Shown piece by piece: positions 9,777 through 19,386 of a DNA stretch of 64,000 bases. The first letter of the stretch is position 1. Each line of letters begins with the position of its first letter. The translations under genes were made by a program, and so were the position numbers. Below the pieces are notes generated by a model. The model made no database searches. It was not told where the DNA came from and saw nothing but the letters and a program-made list of their open reading frames with translations. The DNA comes from a virus (Duplodnaviria; Heunggongvirae; Uroviricota; Caudoviricetes), in IMG/VR virus record IMGVR_UViG_3300017987_000047, one strand, 5' to 3'.

Positions 9777-10757
9777 ATGTCCGAGTCCATTCCTTACACT
9801 ATGACATCCGATAGCTTGTCTGCCTTTGTTAACAACAAGCAAGTTGTTATCCGAAAAGGGGACGATCATTTCGATCTAATCGTGGAAGCGATCAAACAGG
9901 AAAATTGGGCCGAAGTTGCTAAGCTGGTAGATAAAGCTGAAGCAATTGCGAAGTACGGTGGCGATAGCTTTGAGGTCAAGGATGGTGTAATTAAAATTGA
10001 CGGGGAGGAGATCCCCCCAGTTCTAACAACACGTATCCTTGAGTTTATGAAAGATAAGATCGACGCAAACCGTCTGATTCTTTTCTGGCGCAGCCTCAAG
10101 AAGAACCCTAATCACGAAGCGGTAAAGGACCTTTACGCTTTTCTTGAGAAGAATGGCCATCCCATCACGGAAGACGGGTGTTTCATTGCGTACAAGCGAG
10201 TTCAGGAGGACTTCACTTCGGTACATGATAGAAAAACAATGAATGCCGTTGGGACAGAGGTCACAATGCCGCGTGAGGAGTGCGACTCCAACCGGGACAA
10301 AACTTGCTCTACCGGTTTACACGTGGCAAACTTCAATTACGCAAAGTCTTTCTATGCGGGAGGGAGACTTCTAAATGTTAAGGTCAACCCTGAAGATGTC
10401 GTAGCAATCCCCGTTGATTACGACCAAGAAAAGATGCGGGTATGCAAATACTTTATCGTGTCTGAAACTGAAGAGGAGTACCGGAAACCTTACGTAGATA
10501 CTTCGGACATCACTCAGAACGATGATGACTACGATGATGACTACGATGATGACTACGATGATGATGACTATGATGATGATTACGACAACGATGCAGCCGA
10601 GGAAGAAGAAGGCGCCGACGCGGAAGAAGAACTCTCTTCAGGAGAGATCCAAGAAGCCTTAGATCGTAACGAAGGCGCAGTTCAGCAAACGGCGGAGGAG
10701 CTTGGAATCCATCGCTCAACCCTATATCGGCTTCGGAAGAAGCACGGCTTACTCTAA
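9777..10757 (+). CDS. rIIB: rIIB-like protein with Asp-rich linker and C-terminal Fis-type HTH
   Basis: LYAFL..ITEDGCFIAYKRV, CSTGLHV, VKVNPEDVVAIPVDY..KMRVCKY; TAEELGIHRSTLYR. Confidence 0.85.
   Translation: MSESIPYTMTSDSLSAFVNNKQVVIRKGDDHFDLIVEAIKQENWAEVAKLVDKAEAIAKYGGDSFEVKDGVIKIDGEEIPPVLTTRILEFMKDKIDANRLILFWRSLKKNPNHEAVKDLYAFLEKNGHPITEDGCFIAYKRVQEDFTSVHDRKTMNAVGTEVTMPREECDSNRDKTCSTGLHVANFNYAKSFYAGGRLLNVKVNPEDVVAIPVDYDQEKMRVCKYFIVSETEEEYRKPYVDTSDITQNDDDYDDDYDDDYDDDDYDDDYDNDAAEEEEGADAEEELSSGEIQEALDRNEGAVQQTAEELGIHRSTLYRLRKKHGLL
10521..10590 (+). repeat. 12-bp coding tandem repeat (DDDY)
   Basis: gatgatgactac units. Confidence 0.85.
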
Positions 10758-10780
10758 GATTCCCTAGCGTTTGAGTAGTT

Positions 10781-10821
10781 CTGGGGGGAGGATTTTTTTC
10801 CTCCCCCCAGTCTGCTTTTTT
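10781..10821 (+). terminator. intrinsic terminator
   Basis: ctggggggagga / tcctccccccag hairpin, then T-run. Confidence 0.75.
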
Positions 10822-10842
10822 GAATTCTTTTCGGAGAAAACA

Positions 10843-11022
10843 ATGCCTCAAATCGTTATTAGGACCGATAGCGGCAGAGTTTTGGGGGAGTTTGTCCAAT
10901 GTAAGGACAATGGAAAACAATTCTTTATTGTTACCTATAAAACCGACAAGAATAAGTATGGGAAAATCCAAGTCGAGAAAGTTACTTTTATCCGAGCAGA
11001 GAATAAAACATATGAAGCTTAG
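10843..11022 (+). CDS. small hypothetical protein
   Basis: GGAG SD, ATG at 10843. Confidence 0.6.
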   Translation: MPQIVIRTDSGRVLGEFVQCKDNGKQFFIVTYKTDKNKYGKIQVEKVTFIRAENKTYEA

Positions 11023-11947
11023 CAAACAACAAAGATTCATCAACCAGGTTCTTGGGGATTGCGGCGCGCTCGTAAATAATTTAGTGGTAAGTTGCTTTGA
11101 AGATGAATTCGAAGATATTGAAAAATTAGATGAATTTATCTTCTCCTTAGAAGATTCGTATCTCCAAAAACATCGGTTTGGGCGATTTAATGATAACGTT
11201 ACCCGAATAGCGGCTTACCTCCTAAAGGGATCTAAAGAAATCTTATCCGACACCCAAGCGCGGCGGCTAGTCCTTTTATTTCGGAATAACCTAGATTCGA
11301 CCTTGGTCATTCCTGCTGTGTTAGGGTATTATGATGGAAAAATTCCGGATGACCCATTCTTTAATTTTCTAATTCCTTGTTTACAAACCTTGCGAGATGG
11401 CGACTTAAAAATCGAATTATCTTCTGCACAAGGAAAAGAATTAGCGCGGCAACTCCACAGATTTGAAAGTTACGAGGCACTCCAAAATATTTCTTTTATG
11501 GATGCTTCCGTAGCTAGGCGTTTCTTAGATACGGTTTTAGAGAAAAAACTACCTTCCCCTGCTTACTTTAGGATTGTTTCAAATTGGGATATCCCAATAC
11601 CACACTCTTGGTTCCTAAGGCTAATTGAGCTTTACCCAGAATCCTACCAATGGGTAGAGACGAAAAGATCTTCTTTGCTTCGGGATATGAATTTACGGGA
11701 TTCCTTACTTATTAAGTATATCGGAAACCTAGTTTCTACCCCCGCCCTTGATAAGTGGGTTAAGAATCTTTCAAATCCTAAGTTAATGAAAATTTACCTC
11801 ACACACAAAAATAGTAAGTTACGTAGGTACGCTAAGAAATACCTAGAGAAACAGAAGAAAGCAGAGACAGACGGAACTGATAGAATAATTGATTTCATTA
11901 AATCAAACTCTTCCTTAACTTGGTTATCATTATTGGATTGGGAGTAA
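11012..11947 (+). CDS. hypothetical helical protein with C-terminal LTH-R-AK motif
   Basis: YLTHKNSKLRRYAK; ATG 11012 preferred over the TTG start. Confidence 0.75.
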   Translation: MKLSKQQRFINQVLGDCGALVNNLVVSCFEDEFEDIEKLDEFIFSLEDSYLQKHRFGRFNDNVTRIAAYLLKGSKEILSDTQARRLVLLFRNNLDSTLVIPAVLGYYDGKIPDDPFFNFLIPCLQTLRDGDLKIELSSAQGKELARQLHRFESYEALQNISFMDASVARRFLDTVLEKKLPSPAYFRIVSNWDIPIPHSWFLRLIELYPESYQWVETKRSSLLRDMNLRDSLLIKYIGNLVSTPALDKWVKNLSNPKLMKIYLTHKNSKLRRYAKKYLEKQKKAETDGTDRIIDFIKSNSSLTWLSLLDWE

Positions 11948-11952
11948 GATTC

Positions 11953-12180
11953 ATGCCTAGTTTAATTCCTCACTGGAGACCAGTTGAAGAAAAAGATAAA
12001 AAGGCTACAGGGTACCTGCTAGGGACAGATGGCAAAATTGTCGCCGCTGTTCGGTTTTTCATGGGGGGCTGGCATTATGATGATTACGAGGACGATGGGG
12101 GTTGGGCAGGAATAAACATTACGCATGTCCTTGACCCCGCGCTGCTTCTTAACCTACCTAAGGTAAGGCCCCTAAAGTGA
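11953..12180 (+). CDS. small hypothetical protein
   Basis: GGAG SD; common phage W-x-P..W..ITH-type small protein. Confidence 0.55.
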   Translation: MPSLIPHWRPVEEKDKKATGYLLGTDGKIVAAVRFFMGGWHYDDYEDDGGWAGINITHVLDPALLLNLPKVRPLK

Positions 12181-12258
12181 AAAATAAAACTCTCGTTTAA
12201 CTTTAAGTATTCGTTATATATTTAATAGAGGCCAAAAGGGAAAACGGGAGAAACAAAG

Positions 12259-13158
12259 ATGGCATTTGAACCAACGTATAGCTCTCCAATCTTTACCTTA
12301 AAAGAGCTCCCCCAACGTAAAACTGCTCTAGAAGTAGATTCCGTTGCCCTGGGGAAGACGCTTTTTTCGTTTGAATGCCCTTTATACGTTCTACGGCGCG
12401 AATGTGCATATATTTTTGGTGGCTTCATTCGGGACGCCTACCACCATGACTCCTTTGATGATCTTGACCTCTCGGTCTCTAAGAAACAGCAATTTTTTAG
12501 CCTGATTCGGGAATTAAGGGATGGCTGGGGATGGGAGATCGAGTTTATTAGATCTGCTTCCAACTACTACCGGGCGCATTCTAAATGTCGCCACTGTAGA
12601 CTTGTTAAGGACGATGGAAGGCAAATCGATATCATTATCCGGGGGGACTATGATGAACTTGACCTCTCTTGTAACTCTATTGTTCTAGATACTGCAACCT
12701 TAAAAGCAGGTATTCCAAATCACGATATTACAACGGATTCTTTTAGTTCCATTCTCTCGCCTTGGGGTAATGTAGACGAAATTTCCAATGCTATTTACTC
12801 TGATTTAGCCTCAAAAACTCTTCGGATCCTAAGGCCATTAGATGAAAAACGTCAAGAGAAATATTTCAAACTTGCTCGGCAAAAAGGATGGAGATACCAC
12901 CTAAAATCAATCCAATATCATTTAGAGGGAAATCGTGTAGAATTATACAGGTTTCTCCGAAACTTTACTTCAGCGGAACTCAAGTCGTTTATTTCGCCTC
13001 TCATGCTTCATAGGGATATAATCCTGCAAAATTTCGCGGCTGCGATTCTTAAAAAGGAGAAAAAATTTAATCTCGCTTTGGGTCTTTCGATGATACTCCT
13101 AGACCCAGGAAATAAAAGGCGTATCTTTGCATCCCCAGAATTGGCCTGGAAGGATTAA
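12259..13158 (+). CDS. tRNA nucleotidyltransferase / poly(A) polymerase head-domain protein
   Basis: FGGFIRD, DDLDL, IDII, DLSCNSI; degenerate motif LMLHRDIILQNFAA. Confidence 0.7.
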   Translation: MAFEPTYSSPIFTLKELPQRKTALEVDSVALGKTLFSFECPLYVLRRECAYIFGGFIRDAYHHDSFDDLDLSVSKKQQFFSLIRELRDGWGWEIEFIRSASNYYRAHSKCRHCRLVKDDGRQIDIIIRGDYDELDLSCNSIVLDTATLKAGIPNHDITTDSFSSILSPWGNVDEISNAIYSDLASKTLRILRPLDEKRQEKYFKLARQKGWRYHLKSIQYHLEGNRVELYRFLRNFTSAELKSFISPLMLHRDIILQNFAAAILKKEKKFNLALGLSMILLDPGNKRRIFASPELAWKD

Positions 13159-13159
13159 A

Positions 13160-13504
13160 ATGGAAAAGAAATGGGCACTTGTCGTTTATAACGACGACTT
13201 ACACACTTTTGAAGAAGTAATTGATGCTTTTACTTCTGTCTTAGGTATAGAACAAGAAGGAGCAATTGCTTTAGCCTCTATGATCTCTTCCCCAATGGGG
13301 TTCGCTCCTGTTGCCCTCTTTCCTGAGGAAGAAATAGCACAAAAAGTTGCTCAGGAATTAAGGTACGCAACGGCAAAGGGCAATGCTCAGCAGGCTCTTG
13401 CCGGAATCCAGGTTGAAGTAGACGACGAAATTGCTAAAAAAATTGTGGAATCGGAAGATTCCTCCGACGATTCTCAGCCGTTTGATACACCTGACTTTCT
13501 TTAA
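13160..13504 (+). CDS. clpS: ClpS-like N-degron adaptor
   Basis: ALVVYNDDLHTFEEVI..L..E.A..A...G.A.V..EE.A fits the ClpS core. Confidence 0.7.
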   Translation: MEKKWALVVYNDDLHTFEEVIDAFTSVLGIEQEGAIALASMISSPMGFAPVALFPEEEIAQKVAQELRYATAKGNAQQALAGIQVEVDDEIAKKIVESEDSSDDSQPFDTPDFL

Positions 13505-13521
13505 CCCCAGGAGAAAAAAGA

Positions 13522-13803
13522 ATGCCGGAAACTACTACTCTTGATGTCCCTATTTCAGCAAACCGTCTTGTCTATATCGCCCGGCTTTGGGACCAAAATC
13601 TTTTTCTCATCTTTGATGGGGAATTATTGCATCTCAAAGAAAAAACTTTCAACTGGAAGACGGGGTCTGAGGTGGAAGCTGTTCCAGGGACCAAAAAGAT
13701 GCCCAACCCCGAAAAAGTAAATGAGTTAACTAAACCCGACATGGAAAGGGTGCAGCACTTGTTAACTCAAATTAACAAAGAATATGAGAACGACAAGCGA
13801 TAA
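13522..13803 (+). CDS. hypothetical protein
   Basis: AGGAG SD. Confidence 0.65.
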   Translation: MPETTTLDVPISANRLVYIARLWDQNLFLIFDGELLHLKEKTFNWKTGSEVEAVPGTKKMPNPEKVNELTKPDMERVQHLLTQINKEYENDKR

Positions 13804-13820
13804 AAAACGGAGAAGTTTTA

Positions 13821-14030
13821 ATGTATAAACACATCAATGAGGTCCAACCGGGCGATGTGGTCGTTGATCCTCTGGACGGTGTACCACGCACCGTATGCTG
13901 CTGTGACCTCAAGCAAGACGAGTTCTTTGGCAGAACCCTTTGGGGGGACTGCTACCGTCTCGGGACGGTCCCGGTCGAAGTCGTTACCCCTCCACATATC
14001 CGCCCGTGCTTGCGGGCAGAAAAACCTTAA
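13821..14030 (+). CDS. small hypothetical protein
   Basis: GGAG SD. Confidence 0.5.
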   Translation: MYKHINEVQPGDVVVDPLDGVPRTVCCCDLKQDEFFGRTLWGDCYRLGTVPVEVVTPPHIRPCLRAEKP

Positions 14031-14057
14031 GCAATTCAAGGAAAATATAATTTCTTA

Positions 14058-14084
14058 CGTAGCACAAAGGTAGTTCCCTATATA
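14058..14084 (+). promoter_or_regulatory. putative phage promoter, CG-N5-CAA-N11-TATATA
   Basis: cg-tagca-caa-aggtagttccc-tatata. Confidence 0.55.
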
Positions 14085-14166
14085 TTAATTACCGGGTTTT
14101 TATTACCGGAGTGCAGTTTTGCCCCAAGCGGGCAGTATCCCTCAAAGCCCTGCAAGGAGAAGAGGA

Positions 14167-15360
14167 ATGTCGAAGGTTGAAGCAAGCAAAGTCCAAGCAG
14201 TGGAGTACGGGATTGTCGCTTCTGCTACGCGAGTGAAGCGATTCCTGGACTTGAACATGGAGCTGAATAGTTTGGCTCGCGAGGCTGGAAAACACGGGCG
14301 TGTCCCTTTCATCTGGGGCCCGAAAGGTATCGGAAAGACAGTAACTGTCCGGGACTGGTGTCTCCAGCGTGGGTACGAATGGCGGGAAGTTCCGCTAGCC
14401 CAGTTCGAAGAGATGGGGGATATCAACGGTTTCCCGATCGTCGTCGAGGAAGAGGGCCGGAAAGTCACTCGGACGGCTCCCCCAGACTGGGTGCCCGCAC
14501 AGCCCGCAGAGAAGGGTGGCATTCTTTTCTTCGACGACGCAAACCGGGCAGAGCCCCGAATTCAGCGTGGGTTGATGCAGCTGTACCAAACGTATGGCAT
14601 GGTTTCCTGGAAAATCCCTCCCGGCTGGATGATCGTTTGCACGGGTAACCCGGAAGATGGCGATTACGACGTTAGCGCAATGGATGAGGCGCAGGTCACT
14701 CGTCTAACGCACGTCCGGATGATTCCCAACGTCAAGGCGTGGGCCGAGTGGGCTGAGTGTAACAACGTTCACCCAATCGGGATCAACTACCTCATTCGGC
14801 ATCCCGAGACGCTTGAGACTCCGGGACAGCGCACTTGCCCTCGTACGCTGGTTGAGTTCTTCGATTCGCTTGGCCTGCTAGGGGGCACGACGGAGGCCCT
14901 GAAAGCGAGGCTTGAGGATGTTGAGCTGATGGGCAACGGTTCGCTGGATAGCGAGACGATCACCCAGTTCATCACGTTCCTGAGCTCAGATTCGGACAAG
15001 GTGCTGGAGCCGGAATTTATCCTCAGCAAGCCGAAGGAAACGCTGAAGCACCTCAAGACGCTTTACGGCGCCGGCAAGGATGCGGGTTGCAAATATTATG
15101 ACGTGATGAACGTCATGGCAACTCGCTTAACGAACCACCTCATGAAGGAGGGGGTGTCGAAGGACTTGAAAAAAGACCAGAAGACAGCCTTCCTCTCTTT
15201 CTTGCAGAGTGGGTTGACCCCGAAGGGCCTGCCAAAGGATCACGTATACCTGATTATCAAGACGATCAACGATTCGGGGGATCGGCATCTGATTGATATC
15301 TGGTCCGATAGCGATGAGTTGGTGGAGATGATCTCCGACGGCATCGAAGACGACATCTAA
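14167..15360 (+). CDS. MoxR-type AAA+ ATPase (typical DUF2201/vWA partner)
   Basis: Walker A GPKGIGKT, Walker B ILFFDD, NRA, TGNP, MDEA..TR, PR. Confidence 0.85.
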   Translation: MSKVEASKVQAVEYGIVASATRVKRFLDLNMELNSLAREAGKHGRVPFIWGPKGIGKTVTVRDWCLQRGYEWREVPLAQFEEMGDINGFPIVVEEEGRKVTRTAPPDWVPAQPAEKGGILFFDDANRAEPRIQRGLMQLYQTYGMVSWKIPPGWMIVCTGNPEDGDYDVSAMDEAQVTRLTHVRMIPNVKAWAEWAECNNVHPIGINYLIRHPETLETPGQRTCPRTLVEFFDSLGLLGGTTEALKARLEDVELMGNGSLDSETITQFITFLSSDSDKVLEPEFILSKPKETLKHLKTLYGAGKDAGCKYYDVMNVMATRLTNHLMKEGVSKDLKKDQKTAFLSFLQSGLTPKGLPKDHVYLIIKTINDSGDRHLIDIWSDSDELVEMISDGIEDDI

Positions 15361-15411
15361 TTTTCGAGTTGGTTTAGTTTACGGGATATCCCAGATTGGA
15401 GACACAGAAAA

Positions 15412-15756
15412 ATGGCAAAACGTTTCTTTCCCCTTTATGGGCACAAGTACATCTACTGGGATGAAAAACTTTCCCTGTGGGATGTGCGGGCGTACGACCC
15501 ACGCTCAAGCAAGACGCACACCGTGGGCCGCTTTGAAACCTATAAGGAAGCAATCGAAGCGCAACGCGAGTTCTATACCAAGGAACTGCACTTCGATCTC
15601 TCCTTCCTCAAGACCCTTATGCGGGACGACGCGCGTAAGACTGGGGTCTCGTTCAACGACCATACGAAGCTCTGGGTTGTCCGCAGCACCGGAAAAAACC
15701 AGAAGTATGTCGGAAGCTCGAAAAAATACCAGGAGGCGGTAAAGCTCCTCGGTTAG
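15412..15756 (+). CDS. tandem AP2-like DNA-binding domain protein
   Basis: two units: YIYWDEK..W.VR..VGRF.TY.EA and GVSF....LWVVR..YVGS...Y.EA. Confidence 0.6.
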   Translation: MAKRFFPLYGHKYIYWDEKLSLWDVRAYDPRSSKTHTVGRFETYKEAIEAQREFYTKELHFDLSFLKTLMRDDARKTGVSFNDHTKLWVVRSTGKNQKYVGSSKKYQEAVKLLG

Positions 15757-15777
15757 GGTTTCGTTCCTTGCAGGGAA

Positions 15778-15834
15778 CAGCACGCACCCCCGATAACTTT
15801 TGAATGGTTATCGGGGGTGTTCGTGTTGTTTTTT
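15778..15834 (+). terminator. intrinsic terminator
   Basis: cacccccgataac / gttatcgggggtg hairpin + T-run. Confidence 0.8.
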
Positions 15835-15871
15835 AGAGTTCGCTTGGTATATTATCAAAAACGGATACCAA

Positions 15872-16786
15872 ATGGGCTCTAGAAATAAAACAATCTCTTT
15901 AACAGAGAAAGAGAAACAGGAACTAAAGAAAAGAATACAAAAAGCGACGAAAAAATTAAAGAAAAGCCAGATTCTTAATCAGGTTTTTCAGGGGGATACC
16001 TTTAAGTGTTTGGAATATTTTCCACCAAAATCAATTGATCTCTTTTTTGCGGACCCTCCTTATAACCTAACAAAGACGTTTAATCAGCAAAAATTTAAGA
16101 AATTAACGAATGAATCCTATATTGTGTGGTTGGATTCTTGGATTCGCCAAATTCCTCCTCTATTAAAAGATAATGCTACTATTTATATCTGTGGGGATTG
16201 GAGAAGCTCGTCAGCCATTGAAAGAGTTTGTGAGAAGTATTTCCAGATTCAAAATAGGATCACTTTCGCGCGCGAAAAGGGGAGAGGATCAAAACGGAAT
16301 TGGAAAAATAATTCTGAAGATATTTGGTTTTGTACCGTAGATAAATCCAACTACACTTTTAACGTTGACGATATAAAGAGTAAAAAGAATGTTTTAGCTC
16401 CTTATAGGAAAGATGATAAACCAAAGGATTGGGTTAAAACAGAAAAAGAAAAATATCGCCTGACGTATCCATCTAATATTTGGGATGATTTGACAATACC
16501 TTTTTGGTCAATGGCGGAAAACACCCCCCACCCCACACAAAAGCCTGAAAAGCTATTAGCAAAGATTATTCTTGCTAGTTCGAATCCGGGGGATTTAGTC
16601 TTCGACCCTTTTCTTGGGTCGGGAACAACTGCAGTTGTGGCCCAAAAACTAAACCGTTCTTTTTGTGGAATTGAAACAGATAAGGAATATTGTTATTACA
16701 CCTTAAAGAGATTAGCTCTGGCCCAAGAGAATACTTCAATTCAAGGCTATTCGGGAGAATATTTTTTAGAACGGAATGCTCGCTAA
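15872..16786 (+). CDS. beta-class N6-adenine/N4-cytosine DNA methyltransferase (orphan)
   Basis: DPPY, HPTQKP, DPFLGSGTT in beta order. Confidence 0.9.
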   Translation: MGSRNKTISLTEKEKQELKKRIQKATKKLKKSQILNQVFQGDTFKCLEYFPPKSIDLFFADPPYNLTKTFNQQKFKKLTNESYIVWLDSWIRQIPPLLKDNATIYICGDWRSSSAIERVCEKYFQIQNRITFAREKGRGSKRNWKNNSEDIWFCTVDKSNYTFNVDDIKSKKNVLAPYRKDDKPKDWVKTEKEKYRLTYPSNIWDDLTIPFWSMAENTPHPTQKPEKLLAKIILASSNPGDLVFDPFLGSGTTAVVAQKLNRSFCGIETDKEYCYYTLKRLALAQENTSIQGYSGEYFLERNAR

Positions 16787-16852
16787 CTTCTAAAATTCGT
16801 AATAATAAAGTTGAGTTCGTTTGCTAAGTTGTTTTCTGATTGAAAGGTAACG

Positions 16853-17155
16853 ATGATGTCTGCAAAGATGTTGGTGCTGGATGAACAGCAACAAAAGAAA
16901 ATCGCGCGTAATTTAACTAGAACATTAGGCTATGAGATTCGTTCCACGGATCTCCGTCTTTTCGGAGGAAAACAGATTCGTGTTGTGTCGATTGATGGTA
17001 TTTGCTTCCATAATGGGAGGCCGCAAGAACCGAGATGGGGAACCGAATCCGAACTATCTAAACGATTCGAATCTCCTACGGATGAGTATATAGGAAAAGT
17101 AGAGGACTATGAAGTTCGCTTTGATTCTTCTTTCTTCCCACGGCAAAATTCATAA
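16853..17155 (+). CDS. hypothetical protein
   Basis: AAGGT SD; followed by terminator. Confidence 0.65.
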   Translation: MMSAKMLVLDEQQQKKIARNLTRTLGYEIRSTDLRLFGGKQIRVVSIDGICFHNGRPQEPRWGTESELSKRFESPTDEYIGKVEDYEVRFDSSFFPRQNS

Positions 17156-17186
17156 TATATAGATCTATAACAACTTAGCAAACAGG

Positions 17187-17214
17187 AAAAACCCCGCCTT
17201 GTGTGGGGTTTTTT
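17187..17214 (+). terminator. intrinsic terminator
   Basis: aaaaaccccgc-cttgt-gtggggtttttt. Confidence 0.8.
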
Positions 17215-17465
17215 CAAACCAAAAAAATATAAGGTCAAAAAAGTTTGTATCCTCCCTATATATTTTTAATGCCAGGCCCCTTTGGTTCTTCTTTGTTTGC
17301 CTTTTGTTTTTTATTTACAAGGTTAACAAAAAAGCAAAGGGGCCAGGGGGCCATAATGCTAATGTTTTAAAAGTAAATAAAAGTAAATAGGCAGTTAAAA
17401 AGGTGGAGTTAAAAATATACTAACGTATTACTTTTATATTTCCGGGTATTTTTAAATATAGTTCA

Positions 17466-17927
17466 ATGGCGTTAACCCTTGCTAGGATGCAAATGAAAAA
17501 GAACTTTCAAGTTAATATTTATATTCCAAACAAATACCAGTGCTTTGCTGATCTTTCTCGGGATAAGAACCATTGGGGGGAATGGCTTGACGCTGTCGAA
17601 CGTCTGGTTGGGCACAGAATTGAAAGAGAAGGTCTTGCGTTCATCCGGAATGACTTTTTACGGGGTGATTCCGCCCTTAAGTCTGCTTTAACGCTTCAAC
17701 TTGCGGGTATCCGGGAATACTATAGAAGTATCAATTTTGAGTTTTCCGATGAAAAGATTTGGGACTTTACCCCAGAAATAATGGAACTGCTTTTTGCTGG
17801 GAAAACGATAGAAGAAGCAGCAGAAAGTCTTAAGGGAAAGGTTGCAGCGATAAAAATAAGTATGCTCTTCTACTGTGCTCTTCTTGGTTGTATTACTGGC
17901 CTAATTCTTATCAAAGCATTGGTTTAA
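17466..17927 (+). CDS. hypothetical protein with C-terminal TM helix
   Basis: hydrophobic C-terminus. Confidence 0.65.
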   Translation: MALTLARMQMKKNFQVNIYIPNKYQCFADLSRDKNHWGEWLDAVERLVGHRIEREGLAFIRNDFLRGDSALKSALTLQLAGIREYYRSINFEFSDEKIWDFTPEIMELLFAGKTIEEAAESLKGKVAAIKISMLFYCALLGCITGLILIKALV

Positions 17928-17929
17928 AA

Positions 17930-19003
17930 ATGGAAGAAAACGAAACCCACGTCATCTTTGAAACTTTAACGGGCAGCCGCCTATATGGGACGGACCGGCC
18001 TGGTTCCGATTACGATTATAGAGGAGTCGCGCTGCCCCCATTTAAAACTTTCTTTGGGCAAGGGAAGTTTGAGCAGCTAGAGGATAAAAAATCTGATAGG
18101 GTAATCTACAATTTGGTTAAATTTACCCAACTAGCACTTAATGCTAATCCAAATATTATCGAGTTACTTTTTGTTCCCGAAAAATATTGGAAAACTGCTT
18201 CGCCAATCTGGCGCCATATTCTAAAATTTAGAGAGCTTTTTGTTTCTACTAAATGCAGATTTACTTTCTTAGGCTATGCTTATAGTCAGTTAAACAGAAT
18301 TAAAACGCATCAAAAATGGCTTCAAAATCCTCCGGAGAAGCCCGATCGGAGGGAAATGGGTCTTTCTCTCGAATCCAAGATTCAGGAAGATGCAATTAAG
18401 GCATTGAAAACAATCCCCGCTTCTGTTTTAGGGGACAACTTTACTGTGGCAATTCAAAAGGCCATGGAAGTTTCTTTAAACGCAGAACAGCAAGCTAGTG
18501 GTATTCAAGCGTTGCAAACAATCCCCGCAGAAATTTTGCGGGATTCGCTAAGAAACGTAATTCAAAAAGAGATTGAATACTACGATAAAAAGAAAGCTTG
18601 GGATTCTTATAGGGATTGGAAAGAAAACCGAAACCCAGCCCGATTTAAGCTTGAAGAGCAATTCGGGTATGATACGAAGCACGCAATGCATCTTGTGCGG
18701 CTCCTTCGAATGGGGAAAGAAATTATAAAAACCGGACAAGTTATAGTAGACCGCCGGGAAGTTGATGCTGACGAGCTAAGGGAAATTCTCAAGGGGGCTA
18801 TGACCTATGAGGAGCTAATCGCTTATGCCGCAAAAATGGAAAAAGAAATCGTAGAATATTATGATAAAAGCCCTCTTCCACGTAAACCTAAAATTGAAAA
18901 GGTAGATCGCCTTTTGTTAGAAATCTTTAGCGAATTCTATTCAATTGATTTGGAGTTAGCTGAAACTGCCGTGCGGCGTGCAAACGAGGAATTAGGAAGA
19001 TGA
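17930..19003 (+). CDS. Pol-beta superfamily nucleotidyltransferase (RlaP / T4 nrdC.11-like)
   Basis: GSRLYG..SDYDYRG, NPNIIELL, GYA..Q, GYDTKHAMHLVRLL. Confidence 0.85.
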   Translation: MEENETHVIFETLTGSRLYGTDRPGSDYDYRGVALPPFKTFFGQGKFEQLEDKKSDRVIYNLVKFTQLALNANPNIIELLFVPEKYWKTASPIWRHILKFRELFVSTKCRFTFLGYAYSQLNRIKTHQKWLQNPPEKPDRREMGLSLESKIQEDAIKALKTIPASVLGDNFTVAIQKAMEVSLNAEQQASGIQALQTIPAEILRDSLRNVIQKEIEYYDKKKAWDSYRDWKENRNPARFKLEEQFGYDTKHAMHLVRLLRMGKEIIKTGQVIVDRREVDADELREILKGAMTYEELIAYAAKMEKEIVEYYDKSPLPRKPKIEKVDRLLLEIFSEFYSIDLELAETAVRRANEELGR

Positions 19004-19377
19004 AGAAGGAAGAACCCAAAGATAAAGGAAACCTAAATCACCAATGGACTATCACTGCTAAAATTATAGTGGATTCTAAAGATTCCTTGTTAGATGGGGA
19101 ATCAAACAAGGCTCAAGCGGTTGCTGCCGAGATCGAAAAGCAATTCGCAGCATGGGGGAATAAATTTAAGAAAAGCACCCAAGGGGATACTCTAACTCTA
19201 GAATTCCACATGACCTATACAAACTTAACAAAAGGAAAAGAGATCCCGAAAGAACGAGCCAAGAAAAATCTTTTAGATGGGTTTATTTTTGATCTTAAGC
19301 TGTTGTTTCCAAGGGGAGCGATAGAGAAAGGTTGTACCTTCGAACAATTTTCAAGCGCCTGGGTTTACTTGAAATAA
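19000..19377 (+). CDS. hypothetical protein
   Basis: operonic ORF. Confidence 0.65.
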   Translation: MKKEEPKDKGNLNHQWTITAKIIVDSKDSLLDGESNKAQAVAAEIEKQFAAWGNKFKKSTQGDTLTLEFHMTYTNLTKGKEIPKERAKKNLLDGFIFDLKLLFPRGAIEKGCTFEQFSSAWVYLK

Positions 19378-19386
19378 GGATTAGGG

